Part shown: positions 1 through 7,832 of the stretch, piece after piece | Position numbering within the stretch: position 1 is the first letter of the stretch | Layout of the letters: each line of letters opens with the position of its first letter | Assembly (NCBI GenBank): GCA_038061225.1 | Contig: JBBTZT010000005.1 | Coordinates: 19,646-83,645 of the forward strand | Source: Patescibacteria group bacterium | GTDB taxonomy: Bacteria > Patescibacteriota > Microgenomatia > UBA8517 | Direction of reading: 5' to 3' | Length of the DNA: 64,000 nucleotides | Notes under the pieces: model-generated | What the model saw: the letters and a program-made list of their open reading frames with translations, nothing else | The model's database searches: none | What the model was told of the DNA's origin: nothing | Translations under genes and position numbers: made by a program

Positions 1-501
1 ATCATATTTTTCACCTAATAGGATGTTTGTAACGAAACATCTAATAAACATTTCATGAGATACAACTACAATACTTTTATTTAAATAGTTAGTTGTTAAA
101 TTATTTTTGAAATTAAATGCACGTTCTGAGACCTCTCTTATCGATTCTTCATTATTTTCGAATTTCCAATCAAGATCACTGTAATTTTTGATATTCTCAT
201 CGTTATAACGTTTACTTATATCACTTTGTCTATCAACTCCATAAATTTCTGAATATTGCTCACGTTCCTGAATTCCGTCAATTTGCTCAAGTTTTTTATC
301 AAGTAATTCTGAAATTATTTTTGCTGTTTCTATTGCTCTTTTCCACTTACTGGATAGTATTAAATCCACTTTTTTGAACCGAGATAGAGTAGATAAGTTT
401 TCAGATTGTTTTACCCCTGTACCACTAAGTGGAGTATCAGGAGTCTGCCATTTTTCTCTTGAACCTGAACCTTCTGCATGTCTAACTAGAAATATAAACA
501 T
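1..501 (-). CDS. Histidine phosphatase (phosphoglycerate mutase-like) family protein, runs off the left edge
   Basis: Not in the ORF track. Minus strand from ATG 501 reads MFIFLVRHAEGSGSREKWQTPDTPLS (RHxE/RHG-type motif) and later VVVSHEMFIRCF (second catalytic His). Confidence 0.85.
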   Translation of the reverse strand, partial: MFIFLVRHAEGSGSREKWQTPDTPLSGTGVKQSENLSTLSRFKKVDLILSSKWKRAIETAKIISELLDKKLEQIDGIQEREQYSEIYGVDRQSDISKRYNDENIKNYSDLDWKFENNEESIREVSERAFNFKNNLTTNYLNKSIVVVSHEMFIRCFVTNILLGEKYD

Positions 502-525
502 ATTTAGAAGTATATCATCCTATTT

Positions 526-1302
526 TCATTTTGTACCAACTGCCACCACACCAACGACAGATTCATCAAGACCATCAATATCAAGCAGTTTGTTAATTCC
601 TTTGTCGTTAAATCCACCAATTGAGCAAACCCCAAGACCCAAACCAGTTCCCATTAAATATAGATTTTGAGCCATGTGTCCATATTCTGTCAAAATATGT
701 CTATAGCCTCTGTCCTTATATTTAACTTCAGTTCTGTCAAATACAGCTGTAATAATAAATAGCAATGCTGACTTTTTAATCCAAAGTTGATCAAATTGAC
801 TTATAACTTCTTCTTTTGAAACATCATCCAAGACACATTCTAGAGAATGAGTTTTAACGTGATAATGATATATACCCTTTTTTATTTTCTCTACATTGAA
901 AACAATTGGATATACTTCTAATGGATATCTCGCTCCGCCTGATGGATAATTTCTTTTTTCACCACTTTTACTGGAGTCTCTTATTCCAGCAGAATAATAA
1001 ATAAGATCAGAAAATTTATTAAGATTTATTCTATTACTAGCAAAGTTTCTGAATGATTCTCTTTCCAAAATTGTTTTTTCAAGATCTATTTTAATTGCTG
1101 TTGGGGTAGGTAGAATCAATTGATCAAACCTAGGATATGCTTTGTGATACACTTTTTTCCATTCTGATGGCCATGACTCTCGAGGAGTTTTCTTAAACGC
1201 TTTAAAATCATCAATATTTGTAGATATATGAAATTTTCGTGAATTAGATAGTCCTTCAACGCATTCAATTAAACTTTCAATTTTGTCATTTATTTTTGTC
1301 AT
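526..1302 (-). CDS. SagB/ThcOx-family FMN-dependent azoline dehydrogenase (nitroreductase fold)
   Basis: Motifs RESFRNF, KRNYPSGGARYPLEVY, KYKDRGYRHILTEYGHMAQN, CSIGGFND; directly downstream of a YcaO gene. Confidence 0.9.
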   Translation of the reverse strand: MTKINDKIESLIECVEGLSNSRKFHISTNIDDFKAFKKTPRESWPSEWKKVYHKAYPRFDQLILPTPTAIKIDLEKTILERESFRNFASNRINLNKFSDLIYYSAGIRDSSKSGEKRNYPSGGARYPLEVYPIVFNVEKIKKGIYHYHVKTHSLECVLDDVSKEEVISQFDQLWIKKSALLFIITAVFDRTEVKYKDRGYRHILTEYGHMAQNLYLMGTGLGLGVCSIGGFNDKGINKLLDIDGLDESVVGVVAVGTK

Positions 1303-1305
1303 ATT

Positions 1306-2649
1306 TTATAAAAATGGATGAGGAAATTTATTTAAATTCAACTCTAATTTTCTTTTAAATCCAAGTTTTTCAGGAATACTATATAGCCTATCTCCACCTA
1401 ATAGTGGATATTTTTCATTAAGGTAAATCGGTTGCATTTTTGGAATAATTACTTTTACAATATGATAATTAAGTTTTTTAAATTTTTCTATAGTTATATC
1501 TTTATAATATAAGTCATATTTTTTATTTTTAAATATTTCAATTAACGTTTTTAGTTTTTCCCCTGATTTCATTAGATTACTAGAATAATTAATATCTTTT
1601 ATATTTGCATTTTCTATCCAAAAATTGATATTTTTAATTGCTTCTGTGCCATACCACAAGAAACCTCTTAGTTTGATATCTGAACTTTTTTGTAAATCCT
1701 GGATATTAACTTTCATTGGCTCATCTTCAAAACTTGATCTAAGCCATGATCGTGTATGAAGTGCTTCTTCAATAGATCCACTAATTGCTTTGATTATATC
1801 AAAATCGCATTTTAGTCCGACAGATACAGCCTTACCAATTCCAGAGCGATTTATTATAATTGATGCAATAGTTGGAATTTTAATGTCTGTTGTAATATCT
1901 AACACTACAACTTCAAATTTATACCTATCTAAAATCAATTGTAACTTTCTAATTTCAGGATTATCTATATTTCTAAGGTTAATTTTTGAAGGTGTAATTT
2001 TATTAAGATAAAAAATCATAAACGAATCACGTTCAACAACTTCACAAATTCCTCGAACTATAGCAGCTGAGATGTTTGCACCACCTGCCACTCCCGTACT
2101 GATAGCTGAATAAATAGATGGCTCATTCTTTAGATATGGATATGAAAGATATATAAATTGTGAAGGTATCAGATATTGTTTATCAACTAATAGAGAAATA
2201 CAATCGGTCCATCTAAAAACAGAATTATTGTCAATTCTGAATTTTTTAAATTCATCCTTCTTAAGTTGGTTTTTCGAAAAAGCTGATATTGATCTAGGAT
2301 CAATAAAATTACAATTCATATGATTAATTGATTTCGTAGTAAAAGTTGATTCTTTTTTAAAAAAGAAGTTACAATATCTTTCTGTAGATTCACACAAGGA
2401 TTTTAACAATGCCTCCTTTTGTGAATGAAGTGAAGCTCCCGAAGACTTTGAGTGAAAATGTCTACCATCATTTTTTAAAAATAAATCATTTAGATCAGCA
2501 GAATAATACCAAAATTTAGGTTCATCATAATATTGACGAACTCTTTTAATTTTTTTAATTAATCCGTAATCCTTATCGACAAGACAAGACAAAGACAATA
2601 AAGTCCTATCTATATCTTGCTCACTTTCGCTATATAGATTCTGTATCAC
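1306..2649 (-). CDS. YcaO-family cyclodehydratase (stand-alone, no fused E1-like domain)
   Basis: ATP-binding motifs LCESTERY, STGVAGG, CEVVERDSF; C-terminal Pro-rich PHPFL tail typical of azoline-forming YcaOs; GTG start 8 nt after the precursor stop. Confidence 0.92.
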   Translation of the reverse strand: MIQNLYSESEQDIDRTLLSLSCLVDKDYGLIKKIKRVRQYYDEPKFWYYSADLNDLFLKNDGRHFHSKSSGASLHSQKEALLKSLCESTERYCNFFFKKESTFTTKSINHMNCNFIDPRSISAFSKNQLKKDEFKKFRIDNNSVFRWTDCISLLVDKQYLIPSQFIYLSYPYLKNEPSIYSAISTGVAGGANISAAIVRGICEVVERDSFMIFYLNKITPSKINLRNIDNPEIRKLQLILDRYKFEVVVLDITTDIKIPTIASIIINRSGIGKAVSVGLKCDFDIIKAISGSIEEALHTRSWLRSSFEDEPMKVNIQDLQKSSDIKLRGFLWYGTEAIKNINFWIENANIKDINYSSNLMKSGEKLKTLIEIFKNKKYDLYYKDITIEKFKKLNYHIVKVIIPKMQPIYLNEKYPLLGGDRLYSIPEKLGFKRKLELNLNKFPHPFL

Positions 2650-2657
2650 TTTTTGTG

Positions 2658-2843
2658 TTATTCACCTGAACCACCTGAACCTTCACAACCGCAGCTTGCT
2701 GCACAATCAGACTCACAACCACAACTTTGTGCACAATCCGCTGTACATGCTGAATCACAGTCAGAAGTTTCCATTTTGATGCTTTTTGTTTCCATCATTG
2801 GCTTAGCGTCTCTCAAATCTCTATTTTTGTTTATTAATTTCAA
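2658..2843 (-). CDS. Putative RiPP precursor peptide (61 aa, Cys/Ser/Gly-rich core)
   Basis: TTG start at 2843 lies 6 nt after AAGGAGGTG. Sequence MKLINKNRDLRDAKPMMETKSIKMETSDCDSACTADCAQSCGCESDCAASCGCEGSGGSGE has 8 Cys in the C-terminal half and sits immediately upstream of YcaO. Confidence 0.85.
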   Translation of the reverse strand: MKLINKNRDLRDAKPMMETKSIKMETSDCDSACTADCAQSCGCESDCAASCGCEGSGGSGE

Positions 2844-2849
2844 TTTAAT

Positions 2850-2915
2850 CACCTCCTTAGTAAATTCGTAAGAATAATACAAGCAGAACTATATCAGAAA
2901 TGATCAAATAGTCAA
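2850..2915 (-). promoter_or_regulatory. Sigma70-type promoter plus strong Shine-Dalgarno for the precursor gene
   Basis: Minus strand: TTGACT (2915-2910), 16-nt spacer ending in TGA, TATAGT (2893-2888; extended -10), then AAGGAGGTG (2858-2850). Confidence 0.6.
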
Positions 2916-2940
2916 TAACTTATGGGGCTTATGGGTATAT

Positions 2941-2967
2941 TTAAAATTGGCTTGTCAAGTTGTAAAC
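2941..2967 (-). repeat. Short diverged remnant of the pilC 3' end (encodes VYNLTSQF-stop)
   Basis: Minus strand gtt tac aac ttg aca agc caa ttt taa gives VYNLTSQF*; PilC ends IYNLTSQF*, here with different codons. Confidence 0.7.
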
Positions 2968-2987
2968 AAGTTTGGCACTTTAACTCG

Positions 2988-3047
2988 TCAGAACTGACTC
3001 GTTAAATTGTAAATTGGCAGGATTATTGCAATGACTAAAAATCCAAC
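2988..3047 (-). repeat. 60-bp direct repeat of the pilC 3' end (copy of 7833-7892)
   Basis: 57/60 identical to 7833-7892; the 3 differences are synonymous third positions; encodes VGFLVIAIILPIYNLTSQF*. Confidence 0.93.
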
Positions 3048-3066
3048 ACACTATCATGCAATTTGG

Positions 3067-4404
3067 CTATTTTATTTGTAAAGCTTCAATAAAATTCTTA
3101 TCAAATTTATCAAATCTCTCCGTTAGTATAGGATCTAGATAGAAAAATGGCTGGTGTGAGTAATTTGAATTAAAAATTTTTCCATAAACAGGTAGATAAC
3201 CCTTTGTCGTTAACATAATTCTAAATCCCACATTTATATCAAAGTTCTTACCGACATACCCGCTTCCGTGGAATGATGATAGTTTTGTAGATCTATTGAT
3301 AGGATATAAAGTTAAACGATCTATAATATTATGCATGTCGCATCTAATAGAATCTGGATATATATATTCTACTGGTTTAGTTAATCTTCCAGACACAATT
3401 TCAGAAATATAATTTATAGTAAAACTCCATGTATCATGGACGATCTTTTGCCTAAGTATATTAATTTTTTCACTAGAATTTTTAAAGTTGAATATATCTT
3501 CAAAAACATGGAGAGTTAAATTATCTTTATCTTTTGAAGATTTAATTTCATGTACATAAATGCAATAAATTAAAGACATATAGAGGGCAATAAATTTATT
3601 TGCTAATTCTTTATCTTTAGCTGAACTCAAAATCTTCGAAATGTTTAAGAGAGGATCTTTAAGATTGATATACTTACCAAACATCTTTGTATAATTTGCC
3701 CTTGTTTTTAAAAAGATTTTTCTTTTTTCAAATTTAATTTCTTCTGGAAGAAATTTGTCTAAAGTCTTAACATAATCTACAAGCTCGACATATCCTTCTA
3801 AATTTAAATGTTTGGAAAATAATAACAAAGTCGTTTGATATTTATTAATTATTTCATCAGGAAAATTTAAAATCTGTTTAAAACGATACCCATCCATTAA
3901 AACAATAAATTTAGCTCCAACTGGATAAATATATTTTACAGCCAAACATATTTCCTTTAATCTTGCCAAGGAAGCCAAATCTGCTAGGTCTGGTAACAAA
4001 TCTGCACTCTTTAATAAATTTGGTATCTTGCAAGGAAATAAAGAGATAGTGAGTCGAATTGGTAAATTTTCTTTTATTCTATCAGAAACTTTTTGGTACA
4101 AAATATCAAAACCACTACTTTCTCTAGTACCACCCCTATATCTTCTTGCCATAAGTACTTCTACAACCATCCGATTGAGATCAGTTTTCTTACCATTCCT
4201 AAATTTCTTTTTAACTCTCTCTGCTATTTTAGACGCGTTTTTCTCTATCAATTGATTTATTTTTTTTGAAAGTAGCAGAAATAATTCATCATTCATTGTA
4301 AAATTAGTGTTTTTTCTTGATACAAATTTACTTGTTTTAAGATTAATAGATCTTAATGACGAACAGCTGATTAAAATTTCATTTTTGCTAAAAATATTTT
4401 TCAT
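3067..4404 (-). CDS. PvcA/IsnA/Dit1-family isocyanide (isonitrile) synthase-like protein
   Basis: Family signature LTISLFPCKIPNLLKSADLLPDLADLASLARLKEICLAVKYIYPVGAKFIVLMDG (FPxKxPN..K...LPD....L..L..+C......Y..GA......DG), plus late IRCDMH and SFHG segments. Confidence 0.75.
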   Translation of the reverse strand: MKNIFSKNEILISCSSLRSINLKTSKFVSRKNTNFTMNDELFLLLSKKINQLIEKNASKIAERVKKKFRNGKKTDLNRMVVEVLMARRYRGGTRESSGFDILYQKVSDRIKENLPIRLTISLFPCKIPNLLKSADLLPDLADLASLARLKEICLAVKYIYPVGAKFIVLMDGYRFKQILNFPDEIINKYQTTLLLFSKHLNLEGYVELVDYVKTLDKFLPEEIKFEKRKIFLKTRANYTKMFGKYINLKDPLLNISKILSSAKDKELANKFIALYMSLIYCIYVHEIKSSKDKDNLTLHVFEDIFNFKNSSEKINILRQKIVHDTWSFTINYISEIVSGRLTKPVEYIYPDSIRCDMHNIIDRLTLYPINRSTKLSSFHGSGYVGKNFDINVGFRIMLTTKGYLPVYGKIFNSNYSHQPFFYLDPILTERFDKFDKNFIEALQIK

Positions 4405-5609
4405 ATATTTTGTAAATCAATAATGTTTCCTGGCAACTCTTTATCTACAATTTTTTGAATTGTTTGCCAATAATCTTTTATTTCCGATAATTCCTTTTCT
4501 GTAGCTGGTGTTTTGTCACGTCCGAATACAATAGGTACGTCTTTATTACATAAAGTTTTGGATGAACAAGCGGTGGTGATGACTCTAGGGATAATATCCA
4601 ACCTAAATTCAGGAGATTCTTTTGAAAAGGAAAAGTTAAATGCTCCAGAGAAACCTTTTGATATCCAAATCTGGTTGGCTTTAGTTATTATTCCCTTTTC
4701 TCTTCCTGGAGCAGCTGCCACTAAATTATTTGCAAGATATTTAAGTAATACGACAGAATCTCTTGATATAAAGTTTTGTTTATTCAAATAGGTACTTAAT
4801 CTTTTAACACGATCTTTTCTTGCTCTTGGAATATATCTTTGAGTAGTAAAATCTAATGATTTATCGGTGAAGACTTCCTGAATTTTGTTATACTCGCATC
4901 TCATATTGGTATATAAATTTACTAATCCTGGGAATAAACTTTTAAAATTCTTGGTGTCTGAAAAATATATAGATGTAAAACCAAAGTTTTCTTCCAACCT
5001 ACTGAAACCTTGATTTGGAAATAAATTCTTTTTTTCCTTCAGAGATATTATAAAATCATGGAAGATTTTTGAAAATGGCTCGATAAGAGATAATCTATCA
5101 AACCAATTTAGTTCACTCCATGATATTGACGTTAGATTTTTATTCAACACAGAATCTTCAACTAAATAAATATGGGAGTGTAATCTTTTTAAAGTATGGT
5201 TTCCCAAAAGCGAAACATCTTCAGAATTGAAACCTAGTGTTATTTGGACGTTTTTATTCCCAAAATCTAAAAGTTTGTTCACCATAACTTGATTGACAAT
5301 AAGTAATTTCTCACCCTCAACTTCAGTAAGATCAGTGATCGAAGAAACATCTCTGTCTGGCTCGCCAATGAAAATGTTCACATCCCTCAAACCGAATGAA
5401 TAGCTTTTTGGTGTAATTAAGTAATCTAAGTGTGATCCTTCAAATTTAAGAGCAGCAAGAGGAAGAATTCTTTTTCTAAACTTCAACCAATCTACTGAGT
5501 TAGCTTCTGTATTATTCAACGGTGCCATAAAATATAAAGGTCGATGAATTTTTCCAACATTCATCGATTTTGCTTTTAACATTTGGTCAAAAATAGGGTT
5601 TTCTATCAT
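4401..5609 (-). CDS. Hypothetical protein with a HIT-like histidine motif
   Basis: Long ORF coupled to its neighbours (ATG 5609 just after the kinase stop); GNHTLKRLHSHIY resembles the HIT/GalT HxHxH region. Confidence 0.5.
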   Translation of the reverse strand: MIENPIFDQMLKAKSMNVGKIHRPLYFMAPLNNTEANSVDWLKFRKRILPLAALKFEGSHLDYLITPKSYSFGLRDVNIFIGEPDRDVSSITDLTEVEGEKLLIVNQVMVNKLLDFGNKNVQITLGFNSEDVSLLGNHTLKRLHSHIYLVEDSVLNKNLTSISWSELNWFDRLSLIEPFSKIFHDFIISLKEKKNLFPNQGFSRLEENFGFTSIYFSDTKNFKSLFPGLVNLYTNMRCEYNKIQEVFTDKSLDFTTQRYIPRARKDRVKRLSTYLNKQNFISRDSVVLLKYLANNLVAAAPGREKGIITKANQIWISKGFSGAFNFSFSKESPEFRLDIIPRVITTACSSKTLCNKDVPIVFGRDKTPATEKELSEIKDYWQTIQKIVDKELPGNIIDLQNI

Positions 5610-5610
5610 G

Positions 5611-6663
5611 TTATTTAATAGTAAGAACATCTAACTGGTCAAGACGCGTTTTTATTCTAGAGAATAAATATTTTATATATTTATTCTCATTAAAATTGGA
5701 ATCTGCAAATTTCCTTGATTCCAACTTTTGGGGTGTGAAACTCCAAAGAAGAATACCTATCCAATTCAATGCCTGTAGAGGAACAAAGATTTTAACTCTA
5801 TCTATAATATCTTTTGGTAACATTGACTCACTTCGATATTTATTTATAAAATATCTTATATTTTCATTAGATAGACCCCAAGATCCTTCATGTGTTACAA
5901 AATTTGCAACTATTTTAGAAGGGTCGTCCCATCCAAAATACTCAAAATCTATGAAACATACATCTCCATTATCTTTAAAAATTGCATTATGAGGTCCAAA
6001 ATCTACTGGGCTTAATCTCATTAAAGAGTCATCTATTTCTTCGGAGAAACTATCACCGGACATTCTTTTTAGATTTTTTATTTGACCGTTAATTCGTTCC
6101 AAAACTTTGGTTCCCTTTGAAAAATTAACAATATCTGGACTTGTCTTAGGTGTCTTAATTAATTCTTCAAATTTTTTGATCTTTTCCAAGATTACATTTG
6201 AAAACTGTTCAGCTGATTGTGTAGAAAGAACAGCATTTGGAAAATTCTGTTTTGTTTCAATAGGTTTAATGTTTTGTATTTTAAAAATAAATGACAGGAA
6301 TCTGTCTAAATCCTTTTTAACTAATTCTCTTCCAGATTTCACTATACCTGTTTCAAAAGAGTAAACCGCATAGCCTTTATCCTCATCTTTAAAAAAAGGT
6401 ACGGGTAATCTTGTTTCTCCAAGGCTTCTTAAATATTTAAAAGCTGAAAATTCTCTATTCAATCTATTTCTATCATCTTTAAAATATCGTTTAAATAAGT
6501 AACTTTTTCCGTTCTCCGAACTTACTTTAAAAATTTTATTATTAAAACCACCATCCAAGCTTTCAAACTCATCAATCGATATTCCAAAATGTTTTGCTAT
6601 TACACCTTTTATAATAGAAGAATCTTCTTGTGTTTTGTTTTCTTTCATTTTTGTTTTACTCAT
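5611..6663 (-). CDS. Aminoglycoside phosphotransferase/choline kinase-like kinase
   Basis: GGFNNKIFKV G-loop, YLFKRY, LSPVDFGPHN catalytic loop, IDFEYFGWDDP metal motif. Confidence 0.8.
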   Translation of the reverse strand: MSKTKMKENKTQEDSSIIKGVIAKHFGISIDEFESLDGGFNNKIFKVSSENGKSYLFKRYFKDDRNRLNREFSAFKYLRSLGETRLPVPFFKDEDKGYAVYSFETGIVKSGRELVKKDLDRFLSFIFKIQNIKPIETKQNFPNAVLSTQSAEQFSNVILEKIKKFEELIKTPKTSPDIVNFSKGTKVLERINGQIKNLKRMSGDSFSEEIDDSLMRLSPVDFGPHNAIFKDNGDVCFIDFEYFGWDDPSKIVANFVTHEGSWGLSNENIRYFINKYRSESMLPKDIIDRVKIFVPLQALNWIGILLWSFTPQKLESRKFADSNFNENKYIKYLFSRIKTRLDQLDVLTIK

Positions 6664-7354
6664 TTATCAAGTTAATATCGTCAATTGTGCACTGGTCTAC
6701 CTTCCATTTTGTAACATCTGATAAATTTTTTTTACCTTCAAACCCTTTAAAGATATGGGTATGTACTAATAGTTCGGATTTGTGTAAATTGTTTACCAAA
6801 TCAGCATTACCAAATCTATTTAAAACTGAAAAGGGTACGTGCGCAACATTTGCTTGTGACATTTTAGTCCAACCGATAATTTTGTTCGTAACTAACCCTT
6901 GAGACATCCAGTCCTGAAAAATAAAATTATGCATAATCAATCCTAATTTTAATTTAGGAAAAATATCCCTGATATATGGTAAAAGTGGAACTTCACTTGT
7001 AGTTAATTCTATATCTGCTTTAGAATATTGTTTTAGTTGATCCTTGAGAATCGGAAGTATCTCAGTATTCATAGCTTTAATCTCTATTTCAATCCTTCCT
7101 TTGTTGTGAATTTTGCTAAGAATTTCGTCTAGTCCTGAATAATCAGACTCTATCGAAGAGATATAATTGTGTACTATCATAATTTTTCCATTTCGAAGTT
7201 GAATATCCATTTCAATTCCATCAGCCCCATTCAAAAAGGCTGAATTGAAAGCGTCAAGAGTATTTTCAAGAAAATGAACAGTATCCCCTCGATGGGCAAT
7301 AAGAAGAGGTTTATACCTAAAATTTTCAAACTTTTCTTTTGGAGCTAGCGACAT
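6656..7354 (-). CDS. Glycerophosphodiester phosphodiesterase family protein
   Basis: IAHRG, ENTLDAF, GADGIEMDIQ, EIEIK motifs. Confidence 0.88.
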   Translation of the reverse strand: MSLAPKEKFENFRYKPLLIAHRGDTVHFLENTLDAFNSAFLNGADGIEMDIQLRNGKIMIVHNYISSIESDYSGLDEILSKIHNKGRIEIEIKAMNTEILPILKDQLKQYSKADIELTTSEVPLLPYIRDIFPKLKLGLIMHNFIFQDWMSQGLVTNKIIGWTKMSQANVAHVPFSVLNRFGNADLVNNLHKSELLVHTHIFKGFEGKKNLSDVTKWKVDQCTIDDINLINE

Positions 7355-7411
7355 TTACCTATAGTATCACTATTAAGACAAAATGGCAAAAAAACAGCTT
7401 CTTTAATATTT

Positions 7412-7831
7412 TTAGATAATTAAGCTTTTGTATTTAGATAGTCTAAGTTTTACAGCACTGGTAAGCTTTAGTTTTGTTAGTTCTTTCAAATTGAAGAATT
7501 TTATTGCTTGACCTTCGTCCTGTCCTAACTTAAATAATTTTACTTCATCATTGTCGACCGTTGACAAAAATGTATATGAATATTTTCCGTCATCCTTTTT
7601 AAATTCTCCAATATATTGAAGCTCTTTGGGTACATGTGTAATTTCTTCTTTAAGTTCTCTTTTTATTGCTTGGAGTGGAGTTTCATTTTCATTCATCCGC
7701 CCTCCTGGGAGATGCCAATAATTGGGATATGGAATATCTTTTTTGTCGTCTCTATGAAATAGAAGCAACTTATTTTTATAAGTTATTAAAGCGAAAACTG
7801 AATTACTTGCAATCCAATGGTTAATATTCAT
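7412..7831 (-). CDS. NUDIX hydrolase
   Basis: Nudix box PGGRMNENETPLQAIKRELKEE; ATG lies 1 nt after the pilC stop. Confidence 0.9.
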   Translation of the reverse strand: MNINHWIASNSVFALITYKNKLLLFHRDDKKDIPYPNYWHLPGGRMNENETPLQAIKRELKEEITHVPKELQYIGEFKKDDGKYSYTFLSTVDNDEVKLFKLGQDEGQAIKFFNLKELTKLKLTSAVKLRLSKYKSLII

Positions 7832-7832
7832 A

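Larger units (their letters stand above)
3048..7832 (-). mobile_element. About 4.8-kb accessory cassette bounded by duplicated pilC 3' ends
   Basis: Five co-oriented genes between two direct copies of the pilC terminus; no integrase or transposase inside. Confidence 0.7.

Noticed and set aside
2988-3047. pilC repeat pair as a DGR template/variable repeat
   Set aside because: The mismatches are synonymous third positions and not confined to adenines on one strand; the pattern fits allelic gene ends.
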